Assembly (NCBI GenBank): GCA_902799385.1
Contig: CADCAK010000001.1
Location: 96,566-160,565, forward strand
Length of the DNA: 64,000 bases
Source of the DNA: an uncultured bacterium
GTDB lineage: Bacteria; Verrucomicrobiota; Kiritimatiellia; RFP12; UBA1067
Direction: 5' to 3'
Of this stretch, positions 28,903-37,770 are shown piece by piece. How positions within the stretch are numbered: position 1 is the stretch's first letter; each line of letters begins with the position of its first letter. The notes beneath the pieces are model-generated. The model saw only the letters and a list, made by a program, of their open reading frames with translations. It searched no databases and was not told the DNA's origin. The position numbers and the translations under genes were made by a program.

Positions 28903-28935
28903 TGTGCACTGACTGATTCCTAATAGGAATTAGTA

Positions 28936-28980
28936 CAAGGGGGGTGGAAGGAAATAATTTCTTCTAACCCCCTTTGTTTT
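28936..28980 (+). terminator. rho-independent terminator
   Basis: CAAGGGGGG ... CCCCCTTTG stem followed by TTTGTTTT. Lies 34 nt after the stop at 28902. Confidence 0.6.
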
Positions 28981-29003
28981 AGCAATTTACTTTCAAAGAC
29001 GTA

Positions 29004-30167
29004 ATGGATATAAACAGCAGAATTGTCGCAGGTGCATTGGCGCTTCTGGCGTTGTCCGGCTGTGAACGCGCCGACTCGGGCGCTACAGGCGCGGCGGTTA
29101 CGAATGCCCCTATCAAGGTGCAGGGCGCCGCTGTCCCGCAGAAGGGCCAGACTCTCGCGTTGCTGCCGGGTTCTGCTGTGATAGTCAAGGTTGGCGACAT
29201 AGAGATCACGAAGCAAGACTATCGGACGTATTTCAAGATGACCGAGGCTCTCTACAGGAATCGCCATCCGTCATATTCCGAAGAGAAGCTGAAGGCGGCT
29301 GCCGCCAGGCTCAGAATCGCGGCACTTTCGGAGATATTGAGCCGTTCGATGATGAAGGTTGCCTTTGGTGCGGTCAAAGGAGCCGACAAGGAGCTTTTCC
29401 GAAAAGATCTGCAGGACCAGTATGTGAAGACATTCTGCCGCAGAGGGCAGAAGTTTGGCGAGTTGCGCTCTGCCATGGTTGACGCAGATGTCGGCACGTT
29501 TTTCGACAAGTGCTTTGAAGACGATCTCCGCGTCAAGAGCGGAATGTATGCGGCCCATTCAAACGAACTGACTGTGACCGAGGCAGACATGAAGTCTGCA
29601 AGGGATCGCATCGCGACCTACAACGCGCGGGCATCGGCGACGAACGAATTCATTCAGGCAAGGATGGCGAGTGCGCTTAGGCGCATTGCGGCAGGCGAAG
29701 ATTTTTCGAAGTTGGCGCAGGAATATTCCATGGCAAAGGACGAGGGCTGCGACATGGGTGAATGTTGCCTTTCCGATTTTGACGACGAACCCGACGATTA
29801 CAGGACTGCCGTTGCGCAGTTGAAGGCAGGGGAGGTTTCGGACGTGCTGGAAAACGCAGTAGGCTATGATATTCTCAAGGCCGTCAAGTACACGCCGAAG
29901 GACAAGTCGTCAACGGGTGCGCCGACATGGCATATCCAGAAGATTCACTTTGAGAAGCCGTTTTTCTTCGAAGAGCAAACAGACGAGGAACTGAAGAAGG
30001 ATCTTGAGAAGGAGAAGCGTGATGCGCTGCTGGCAGAGATTATGCCCAAGTTGCGCAGCATGGCCAAGGTCGAGTTCCCGTATGGGCGTGAGATATTTCA
30101 AGGGAAAGCCGGCAAGAAGCCCCAACCTGGGCGGAGGCCGTTTCCATTGCCAAATACAACAAAATAG
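29004..30167 (+). CDS. SurA/PrsA-like chaperone lipoprotein with (possibly degenerate) parvulin-type PPIase domain
   Basis: Lipobox-like LALSGC. AGEDFSKLAQEYSMAKDEGCDMGECCLSDF...LKAGEVSDVLENAVGYDILKAV matches the second half of PpiC-type rotamase domains. Confidence 0.6.
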   Translation: MDINSRIVAGALALLALSGCERADSGATGAAVTNAPIKVQGAAVPQKGQTLALLPGSAVIVKVGDIEITKQDYRTYFKMTEALYRNRHPSYSEEKLKAAAARLRIAALSEILSRSMMKVAFGAVKGADKELFRKDLQDQYVKTFCRRGQKFGELRSAMVDADVGTFFDKCFEDDLRVKSGMYAAHSNELTVTEADMKSARDRIATYNARASATNEFIQARMASALRRIAAGEDFSKLAQEYSMAKDEGCDMGECCLSDFDDEPDDYRTAVAQLKAGEVSDVLENAVGYDILKAVKYTPKDKSSTGAPTWHIQKIHFEKPFFFEEQTDEELKKDLEKEKRDALLAEIMPKLRSMAKVEFPYGREIFQGKAGKKPQPGRRPFPLPNTTK

Positions 30168-30179
30168 GAGGTGTTTTAC

Positions 30180-31439
30180 ATGAAAAATATAGGTTATGCA
30201 GTCGTTACCGCCCTTGTGGCTTTTCTTGGGGCTACTTCGTACGGTGCAATAGTGACGGCATCCGACGGCGAGATCGTTCCTGGCGTCTGGAACTCCCGTT
30301 TCGGTGCCGCGAAGCAGTATGCCGACGCCAACCATGTCCCGATGATCGTCTTTTACGGGAAGTCCGACTGCTCGGAGTGTGCGAAGCTCAAGAAGGCGAT
30401 TGAGTCGGATGAGTATATCGCATGGCAGAACGAAAAGCGGTATGTGCAGGTTCTCAGCATCAAGTACTCGGCTCCGGACTGGAGCGATGCAAGGGAGTTC
30501 ATCAAGTCGTCGCCGTTGAATTCCGACAGCCTGCCCATGGTCTGCGTATACTGGAACAAGGAAGACGGCACAGTCATAAGGAAGGCGTTTGTCGGACGCA
30601 GCGGAAGCATGCCTTCGTCAAAGGGAGGCTCGCTCCAGGCCAAGTTCATCGACTCGATCGAGACCATACTTGGCGGCAGCGGCACGCAGGGCGGCGGCGA
30701 CACGCCGACTAAGCCGACCGTGCCGAGCTTCTTCAGCTCTGCAAAGACCATCGCCCTCGCGGCAACCGATGGCGCCGAGTCCTTCGAGGGCCTTGTCCAG
30801 GTGAAGGTCGGAAAGGCCAATTCCAAGACTCACAAGTCCAAGATCTCCGCCAAAGCCCAGCTTCTCGACTTCGGCTCCATGAAATTCTCGACGACCGCAT
30901 TTGACGTGGCGACGACGACGACATTTGTGCTGAACTCCTCGACTGGCGTCTTGACGCTTGAGTTCGACGGTGTCGGCTTTACCGGCACTCTGACGCGGCG
31001 CTCCGGGGTCGCTTTCCAGCTGCTTGGCGACGTGACGTTTGGTGGAGCCATGCCGACGGCAACGAGCAAGTTCTCCCTCCTCGAACCCCCGCAGGAATAC
31101 AGGGGCCGCGATATCTTCACCGAATGGCTGCCGACAGCCCAGGAATTCTCCACTGGAGCGAGGTGGTCGCTGCAAAAGAAGGGTTCGGTCAAATACAACA
31201 GGCGTACGGGCGAATTCGAGAATTCCGCCGCCGATACGAACGCAAGCGGGCTCAAGCTGTCCTACACATCGAGCTCGGGTTACTTCAAGGGCTCCTTCCT
31301 TGTCTATTACAAGGCGTCGGCAACCAAGGCGAGCAAGGTTACAGCCAAGGTCGTCGGGTATGTCGTCGACGGGGTTGGATACGGTACTGCTACAATCCCT
31401 TCGCTGGGAACGTATGACGTGCAGATAACCGCGCCATGA
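30180..31439 (+). CDS. secreted thioredoxin-fold (CSEC) protein with beta-rich repeats and shared C-terminal module
   Basis: AGGAGG SD then ATG 30180, with a signal peptide. MIVFYGKSDCSECAKLKK, with CxxC at 30369-30380. C-terminus SGLKLSYTSSSGYFKGSFLVYY..VDGVGYGTATI is shared with 37771..40335. Confidence 0.7.
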   Translation: MKNIGYAVVTALVAFLGATSYGAIVTASDGEIVPGVWNSRFGAAKQYADANHVPMIVFYGKSDCSECAKLKKAIESDEYIAWQNEKRYVQVLSIKYSAPDWSDAREFIKSSPLNSDSLPMVCVYWNKEDGTVIRKAFVGRSGSMPSSKGGSLQAKFIDSIETILGGSGTQGGGDTPTKPTVPSFFSSAKTIALAATDGAESFEGLVQVKVGKANSKTHKSKISAKAQLLDFGSMKFSTTAFDVATTTTFVLNSSTGVLTLEFDGVGFTGTLTRRSGVAFQLLGDVTFGGAMPTATSKFSLLEPPQEYRGRDIFTEWLPTAQEFSTGARWSLQKKGSVKYNRRTGEFENSAADTNASGLKLSYTSSSGYFKGSFLVYYKASATKASKVTAKVVGYVVDGVGYGTATIPSLGTYDVQITAP

Positions 31440-33217
31440 TGAGAAGACATGTCGCCATATCCCTGATGATTGCATTTGCTGCCGTGGTTCCCGCGGCGGC
31501 AGATGCATTCTTGGGACTTGACGGCAATGTCGGCAATCAGGCCAGTTGGAAGGAATCGTATTTCATTGCCATCGACCCGATTCACTTCTGCATGAGGCAG
31601 CCGGACGGCGCTACGCGGATTTTCCAGCGGGACATCGCCGAGCCGCATGTGCTTTTGGGCGATTCGCCGTGGGTCGGCGAGATTGACGGGGACCGGGTGC
31701 TGATTATGACCGATCCAAAGTCTGCGGCGACGAGGGTCGGTTTTCTCTTCGTCAAGGGCCGGTTGCAGCGCATGCTGCACGGCGATAGGGATATCGAAGT
31801 CCGCGGCAAGTCGGGAGAGATTGACGCAAGGCCCATGGGGACTTACTGGCCGGACGTCAGTTCCGACGCCGTTGCCGCCGCGAACGAGCGCTATGGAATC
31901 CACTGGCGCGACAGGTTCAAGCTGTGGTACAGGAATCCGAATGCGGCCGGCATGCTGCTCGCCGAGTTGGCGCTGCTGTCGTTGGCGTTGATGACGCTGC
32001 GTCGTGCGGGCATGAGGCCGTTGGGGGCGGCGGCATTTCTCATGTGCGCGTTTGGCGTGGCCTGCACTGAGTCGCGCAGCGCCATGCTTGGCCTGCTTTT
32101 TGGGCTCGCATGCATGCTTGCCGTTCATGCTCGGCAGGTGGTCAGCCGCCGGAATGCCGCAATCGCCGCGGTCTTGTGCGTGGTGTTTGCCCTGGCGGTC
32201 TGGATGGGCGGCTTCGCCGACCGATTCACGACCAAGTTGCTTGCCGAAGGGCAGTCCAGCGTAAGCAGGCTGCCAATTTGGGCCGAGGTGCCGAGGATGA
32301 TTGCTGCGGCTCCCTTTGGGTGGGGCATTGGACAGTCTGGCCTAGCGTACATGAACTGGTTTCAGCCTCTGGACCGCGGCCACGCCGTCCTCGGGTTGAT
32401 CAGCACTCATCTGACCTGGCTGGCGGAACTGGGCTGGCCAATGCGCATTGCCTACATGTTTGCCTGGTTCTCCGGCCTTTTGCTGCTGGCTTTCAGCGGC
32501 TTTCGGCGGAAGAACGCCCTGCCGCTCGCGGTCTGGGGCGCTTTTTTCGTTGCGAGCTGCTTCAACACGATCGGCACCGAGATTTCCCTTTGGATAATTC
32601 CGGTTGCCTTGCTGTCCGTTCCGGTTGCGGAGCGTTGCTGGCGGTATCGAAAGTCGTTCTTGGGCGCACTTGCCGCCGGCGCTGTGATTACGGCGGCATT
32701 GTCGGTGGCGCTGACCTGCCTTGGAAGCCGGTCGGACTTTACGATTCGCCGTGAAGGGCGTGGCGTTGTCATCAACGGCGACCATGCGTCCACCTGGGTG
32801 GTGGACGATGGCTATGTGCTAAGCGGGGGGTATTACGGACTTCTTGGCAAGGGCATTCGCGAATGGTTCTTGCGGCATCGCTCGGCTCCGGCGCTTGGCG
32901 TCGTCCAGCGGTTGGAAGACGTTCCGGCCTCGGCGACGCGCGTCGTCGTCGTCGGCAGGGCGGGTGTCTCGCTGCTTGAGAAGCGCGCAGACTTTCTCAA
33001 GGGGCATGGAAACGTGACGAAGGTTATATTCCTTTCGCCGCCATTTGGCTTTGAGGCCTGTGCGGATCTTGCCTGCGGGAACGTCGAAGTGGGGTTTGTG
33101 ACGGGAGAGTTCGCCAACCGCGTGTACGATGGCGGCGCGAAGTCGTGTCCAGAATGGGTCGATGTCGTCCCTGGATGCGCCCTTTATGTCCCAAATTGGC
33201 TTAGGTATGTTTTCTAA
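31436..33217 (+). CDS. Wzy_C (O-antigen ligase / O-oligosaccharyltransferase-like) membrane protein with extra N- and C-terminal soluble domains
   Basis: NPNAAGMLLAELALLSL, TESRSAMLGLLFGLA, SRLPIWAEVPRMIAAAPFGWGIGQSG and STHLTWLAELGW are typical Wzy_C motifs. ATGA overlap with the upstream gene. Confidence 0.6.
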   Translation: MMRRHVAISLMIAFAAVVPAAADAFLGLDGNVGNQASWKESYFIAIDPIHFCMRQPDGATRIFQRDIAEPHVLLGDSPWVGEIDGDRVLIMTDPKSAATRVGFLFVKGRLQRMLHGDRDIEVRGKSGEIDARPMGTYWPDVSSDAVAAANERYGIHWRDRFKLWYRNPNAAGMLLAELALLSLALMTLRRAGMRPLGAAAFLMCAFGVACTESRSAMLGLLFGLACMLAVHARQVVSRRNAAIAAVLCVVFALAVWMGGFADRFTTKLLAEGQSSVSRLPIWAEVPRMIAAAPFGWGIGQSGLAYMNWFQPLDRGHAVLGLISTHLTWLAELGWPMRIAYMFAWFSGLLLLAFSGFRRKNALPLAVWGAFFVASCFNTIGTEISLWIIPVALLSVPVAERCWRYRKSFLGALAAGAVITAALSVALTCLGSRSDFTIRREGRGVVINGDHASTWVVDDGYVLSGGYYGLLGKGIREWFLRHRSAPALGVVQRLEDVPASATRVVVVGRAGVSLLEKRADFLKGHGNVTKVIFLSPPFGFEACADLACGNVEVGFVTGEFANRVYDGGAKSCPEWVDVVPGCALYVPNWLRYVF

Positions 33218-33226
33218 CCAACAAGA

Positions 33227-35104
33227 ATGGAGGTAGATATGGCTACAACCGATAGGACCAAAGCGGAGGGAATCAACGGGCGGAAGTATGCGCTAGTGCT
33301 TCTGTGCGGGGCGTTTTCCGCCTGCGTGTCGTTTGCGTTCGAGTATGACGTGAGACGGCCGTCAGACGACTTGAAGCCGACTTTCCATGCCGCCGACACG
33401 AAGCCCGGGGCATGGACGCTGGCGGTAGACGACGCAATATCAAAGGCGAAGGCAGATGGCAAATACACTATCTTGATGAATACGGCGTCATGGTGGTGCC
33501 CGTATTGCGAGACGGCCGAGGAGCTGGTGCTTACGTCCAACATGTGGAAGTCCTATGTCGCGGCGCACGGCTTTTACCTTGCGGTCATGGATTTCCCGTA
33601 TCGCGGTCACGTCGGCGACGACCAGGTGTGGAAGAGCTGGCATCCCGAGCTGGGCGATGGATGGGGGTTCAAGTGCTGGCTGATGGATCCGGACTATCTG
33701 GCCGAGATCGGCCTTTCGGCCGATGAAGGCCTCGCGGCCATCATGTCGCTCTACGAGCATCAGGCCGACTACGCACTCCCGACCGGAGACCTCATCACCA
33801 TAAAGCGCTGGGATACGCAGGAGGACTTCTCCTACCACAAGCTGGGATACCTGACGCTGATTGTCATCGGTCCGGACGGCGTCGAGGCCGGGCGCGTCGG
33901 CTTCCCGTGGTGGAACACGAATTCGGTTACCCAGAGGGAGGCCCAGGAATACGTGATCCAGGCGATCGAGCGCATCATTGCCGGCGAATGCGAAATCTGC
34001 CAGGACGAAACGCCTTCGGTTGTCGATGTTTCCAAGGCGCACAAGTACAACGGCTGGATGCTTGACTCCGAGGGCGTCATGTCTGGCTCGATCGAGATAT
34101 CGACGAGCAAGTACAACGGCAGCGCGAAGAGCGTAAAGGCCCGCGTCAAGGCGGTGCTTGGCGGCAAGGCGGTCTCGTTCCCGACGGTCGAGGTCCCGGT
34201 TTCGGGCTGCATCGTGTGCGGGGACGAATCGGAGATCGAGACGGTCGAGGTCTCAAAAGACGGCTACCGTGGTTCGGTCCACATCGGGACAGACGGCCTT
34301 TCGGGCAGTTTCTGGCACGGGGACACGGCATATACGGTTAAGGGCGGATGCAATCTGTTCAGGGAGAAAGACGCCCATGCGAAAGCTCTTTTGGCGACAA
34401 GTCCGGTCGGCGTATGGAGCCTTGTTCTCAAGAACGCCGAAAAAGACGGCTTGTCCCCTTTCTCAAGGGGCATGGGTGCAATATCCATGGACGTAAGGCG
34501 AACCGGCGTTGCCAAGTTCACCGGCACGATGGGCGACGGCACTAGGGTCTCGTGCTCGTCGCAGGTCATACTCGGAAGCAACGGCATCGCATGCGTGCCG
34601 TTTGCCGCACGGCTCTACAACAAGAAGGGCGGCTTAAGCTTTGTGGTATGGTTCAAGGACGGCGAGCTACTGAGCGTGGAATCCGTCTCCAAATGGGTCG
34701 CTGCCGGAAAGAATCCCTTCGAGGTTGCGGTTGCCGTCCAGAACACCATGTCCGTCGGCATCGGCGTGGTGCCGGACGAGATGGACTTTACCATCGACGA
34801 CTTCCCTGCCGAAATCGGCGGAATGCCGTTGGTCGGGGACCAGTCTGCCGATGTTGTCAAGGCGAGCGGCAAGAGGTGGTTCGGCTCGGAGTTGACCGGC
34901 TTCAAGGCAACGGTTGCGGGACGCACGGGATTTTTGAACGGCAGCATGACATTCTTGGTCAGGAAGGATTCCGGCGAAGTCAGGCCGGTGAGAGGCACCT
35001 TCAAGGGCATTGTCATGGGCGGGGCCGGCTATGGGACCGTGATTGTACAGAATGTCGGCACATGGGCGGTCAAGATCGCCGCGTGCGGTTCCTGCAACGA
35101 CTAG
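33227..35104 (+). CDS. secreted thioredoxin-fold (CPYC) protein with beta-rich repeats and related C-terminal module
   Basis: ILMNTASWWCPYCETAEEL, with CPYC at 33497-33508. C-terminus GFKATV..GSMTFLV..GGAGYGTVIV. Alternative start ATG 33239 sits behind GGAGG. Confidence 0.7.
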   Translation: MEVDMATTDRTKAEGINGRKYALVLLCGAFSACVSFAFEYDVRRPSDDLKPTFHAADTKPGAWTLAVDDAISKAKADGKYTILMNTASWWCPYCETAEELVLTSNMWKSYVAAHGFYLAVMDFPYRGHVGDDQVWKSWHPELGDGWGFKCWLMDPDYLAEIGLSADEGLAAIMSLYEHQADYALPTGDLITIKRWDTQEDFSYHKLGYLTLIVIGPDGVEAGRVGFPWWNTNSVTQREAQEYVIQAIERIIAGECEICQDETPSVVDVSKAHKYNGWMLDSEGVMSGSIEISTSKYNGSAKSVKARVKAVLGGKAVSFPTVEVPVSGCIVCGDESEIETVEVSKDGYRGSVHIGTDGLSGSFWHGDTAYTVKGGCNLFREKDAHAKALLATSPVGVWSLVLKNAEKDGLSPFSRGMGAISMDVRRTGVAKFTGTMGDGTRVSCSSQVILGSNGIACVPFAARLYNKKGGLSFVVWFKDGELLSVESVSKWVAAGKNPFEVAVAVQNTMSVGIGVVPDEMDFTIDDFPAEIGGMPLVGDQSADVVKASGKRWFGSELTGFKATVAGRTGFLNGSMTFLVRKDSGEVRPVRGTFKGIVMGGAGYGTVIVQNVGTWAVKIAACGSCND

Positions 35105-35132
35105 CTTGGGCTCCGTATAGGCAACACGGCAT

Positions 35133-36095
35133 ATGCAAAAGAAGGCAATATCCATCGGCTTGGCGCTGTTCGCGTCGTTCGTGCTCGTAGTGGTGCTGGT
35201 GTTCGTGCAGGGCGGCGGCAGGCAGCAGTCGCCCGACTCGGGTGGCCAGGATAGCAAGGCGGGCGCCGTGTCTCGTCGCCGCGGCGCGAGTCCCCGGCCT
35301 GAAAGCCGCGCAAAAGGGTCTGACGAGCGTCAAGGGGCCAAGAAGAAGGCCCGTAGGCCCATGCCGCAAATTGTCTTTGACGATCCGGATCATCCATACT
35401 CCGCAGCGGACAAGCGCATTGCGCGCGAACTTCAGGACGCGTTGGACAACTGTACGGCAGACACCGCGGACGATGAGTCGGATGAGGGCGACGGCATATT
35501 CTCCAAGAAGCAGTCCGACGCGCAGAGCAAGTTGATGAAGGCTGCATCTGCGGCCGCCGCCTCGGACAATCCCTCCGTCAGGCTGAGGGCTGTGGAAGCG
35601 TATTCGTGGATAGGGAAGGATGCGCTTCCGGAAGTGACCGTGATGATGGCGGACTCGGACGAGAATGTCGCCGAACAGGCCATCGAGGCCGTCGGGCAGT
35701 CCCTTCTGGACATTGACGACTCCAACGACCGCTTCCAACTCGCAACGACGTACATGAGCACATTCTCCTCGAACGAGAACGCGCTTTCCATGCTTGGCGG
35801 GATTTCGTCCGGAGCGGCGCTTGCGCTGATGGAGCCGGCGAGCGACAGTCCGGCGGATGTCGCGGTTGCGCTTGAAAACAGGCAGTTTTTCGTAGATACT
35901 GTCAGTGCGCTCGTCGAAGGCGGCCAGGGGAAATGCAGCGAGCACGCGCAGTCGCTCTACGAAGAGGTCACCGGTTCGCCGTGGATAGATGCCGACGAGG
36001 GCGAGCGCTGGGCTACGAATCCAGACGGTTACGAGGCGCCGGAGACTCCGGAACCGCAAGATGTGCAATCTGAGCAAGGCGAGCCGAGAGGCTGA
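35133..36095 (+). CDS. N-terminally membrane-anchored HEAT-repeat-like protein, family H (paralog of 36952..37749)
   Basis: TM segment ISIGLALFASFVLVVVLVFV followed by a basic linker. NPSVRLRAVEAYSWIGKDALPEVTVMMADSDENVAEQAIEAVG is HEAT-like. Confidence 0.65.
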   Translation: MQKKAISIGLALFASFVLVVVLVFVQGGGRQQSPDSGGQDSKAGAVSRRRGASPRPESRAKGSDERQGAKKKARRPMPQIVFDDPDHPYSAADKRIARELQDALDNCTADTADDESDEGDGIFSKKQSDAQSKLMKAASAAAASDNPSVRLRAVEAYSWIGKDALPEVTVMMADSDENVAEQAIEAVGQSLLDIDDSNDRFQLATTYMSTFSSNENALSMLGGISSGAALALMEPASDSPADVAVALENRQFFVDTVSALVEGGQGKCSEHAQSLYEEVTGSPWIDADEGERWATNPDGYEAPETPEPQDVQSEQGEPRG

Positions 36096-36151
36096 GCGCC
36101 GCGAGGAAGGGTTTCATTCATCCAAAAAATAAAACGAAAGGAAAACGAAAA

Positions 36152-36946
36152 ATGAAAAAGCTCATTATTGTTGCTGCAATGGCGTTTGCGGGCGGCGCCG
36201 CCCTTGCGGATGCGCAGGTGTATGAAATGCAGCTGACCTTGAAGACCACGGTTTCAAGGTCGGGGCAGGTCAAGTTCGTCGCCTGCGACTGTCCGGTCGA
36301 CGGTAGCACCCTCTACCGTAGCCAGGGGACCGTGAAGATCAAGGGACTGATCTGGGGCTGCGACTGCGTTACGCTGTCGGATCCAGACATATCATCCGAG
36401 GCGTCGAGTCTGGCCAAGTCGTCGTATGGCTACATCTTTTGGAACGAGACTACCAGGAAGCCCATGAATCTCAAGTTCAAGTGGGAGCTTCTCAATCGAA
36501 TCGACAGGACGGGACAGAAGGCGGAAGGCACCTGGACGCTCTCTTCCGACGACGGGACGTTCTACATCATGGGCTCGGGTTTCGGCTCCGTAAAGGATAC
36601 GGTCGTTACCAAGCCCGTATGCGAGAGGACCGCGACATGGGTGCCTAGCATGAGCGGCAACCTCGCCGGCTGGTCCACGCCTGGCGCAATCGTGACTGTC
36701 CAGGCGACGGCCGGGGAGTGCTCGTGGTGCGAGAAGGTCGAAGGCTCCGAAGAGCAGACGGCTTCGGCGAAAGGCTGGACATTGTGCGAGTGCGGCGATT
36801 CCGACGAGCGTACTGCGGCGAGCGGGACATGGAAGCTGAAGTACAACGCAAAGGCGGCCAAGATCCTCTCCGACAAGTCCAAGGCTGTTGAGTCCGTCAC
36901 GCAGGCGTATTCCTTCCCGTCGTACGTTAAAAGCGTGATCGAATAG
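36152..36946 (+). CDS. Cys-rich small secreted protein, family A (paralog of 28123..28902)
   Basis: Signal peptide. 9 Cys (CDC, CDC, CSWC, CEC). VYEMQLTLKT, SGNLAGWS and SGTWKLKYN are shared with the paralog. Confidence 0.75.
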   Translation: MKKLIIVAAMAFAGGAALADAQVYEMQLTLKTTVSRSGQVKFVACDCPVDGSTLYRSQGTVKIKGLIWGCDCVTLSDPDISSEASSLAKSSYGYIFWNETTRKPMNLKFKWELLNRIDRTGQKAEGTWTLSSDDGTFYIMGSGFGSVKDTVVTKPVCERTATWVPSMSGNLAGWSTPGAIVTVQATAGECSWCEKVEGSEEQTASAKGWTLCECGDSDERTAASGTWKLKYNAKAAKILSDKSKAVESVTQAYSFPSYVKSVIE

Positions 36947-36951
36947 TCATT

Positions 36952-37749
36952 TTGTCGTTTGACGGCACAAGGACGCGACTATTGCTTTCGCAAGGCAGAA
37001 CAAGGGTCATCGCGCTGTCGTCGGCCGCAGTGGCCGCCGCCGCAGTAGTTCTTGTCTGCCTTGTGCGGACTTTCGGCAGGGAGCCGGCCGTTGCGGAATC
37101 GCGCGGGGAGCGCAGTCCAAGCGTTCCCCCGCGCCGTTCCAATGCCCAGTCCAAGCCAAGGTCTTCGCGTCCGAAGCCCGTATTGTCGGTCTGCGCGGTT
37201 GACGACGACGAGGACGACGGTCGCACGCCCGCCGAAAGGGCGCTTGCCGAACGTATCGACAAGGCGCTCGAAGACGAAGACTTCGGATTGGCAGCTTCTT
37301 GCGTCGACGAGGCGCAGAAATGCAGCGTCATCGAGATTCGCCAGGCCATGGTCGAGACGCTTGGCTGGTTTGGCGAGAAGGCCCTTCCCGAACTGATCCC
37401 GTTCCTTGCCGATGCAGACGGGAATGTCCGCGAGAGCGCGATGAACGAATGGACTATGGCGCTCTCGTCCGTGGAGAACGACGAGGAGAAGATTGGCCTC
37501 GTCGAGCAAGTCATGGGAGTTCTGCGCGATGAGGATGCGCTGGAAGAAATGTCCGGCGAATATATAGGTGTAGACGAGAAGATGGCCGTAGAGTCGCTTA
37601 TGCGCATTATTGCGTCCGGGGGATCGGCAGAAGGTATCGCAAAAGCCAAGGAGACATATGAATTCGTGACGGGTAACGAGTGGGTCGGCTTTGAAGAGGC
37701 GGATCGCTGGATTAAAGAGGAATATGCGCCGTCTGAAACTATGCCGTGA
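36952..37749 (+). CDS. membrane-anchored HEAT-repeat-like protein, family H
   Basis: IEIRQAMVETLGWFGEKALPELIPFLADADGNVRESAMNEW. The tail EFVTGNEWVGFEEADRWIKEEYAPSE parallels 35133..36095. TTG start is uncertain. Confidence 0.6.
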   Translation: MSFDGTRTRLLLSQGRTRVIALSSAAVAAAAVVLVCLVRTFGREPAVAESRGERSPSVPPRRSNAQSKPRSSRPKPVLSVCAVDDDEDDGRTPAERALAERIDKALEDEDFGLAASCVDEAQKCSVIEIRQAMVETLGWFGEKALPELIPFLADADGNVRESAMNEWTMALSSVENDEEKIGLVEQVMGVLRDEDALEEMSGEYIGVDEKMAVESLMRIIASGGSAEGIAKAKETYEFVTGNEWVGFEEADRWIKEEYAPSETMP

Positions 37750-37755
37750 AAGCAA

Positions 37756-37765
37756 GGGGGGGGGG
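37756..37765 (+). repeat. homopolymeric G10 tract 5 nt upstream of the C10 peptidase start codon
   Basis: Counted directly: AAGGGGGGGGGGCAATCATG. Confidence 0.95.
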
Positions 37766-37770
37766 CAATC

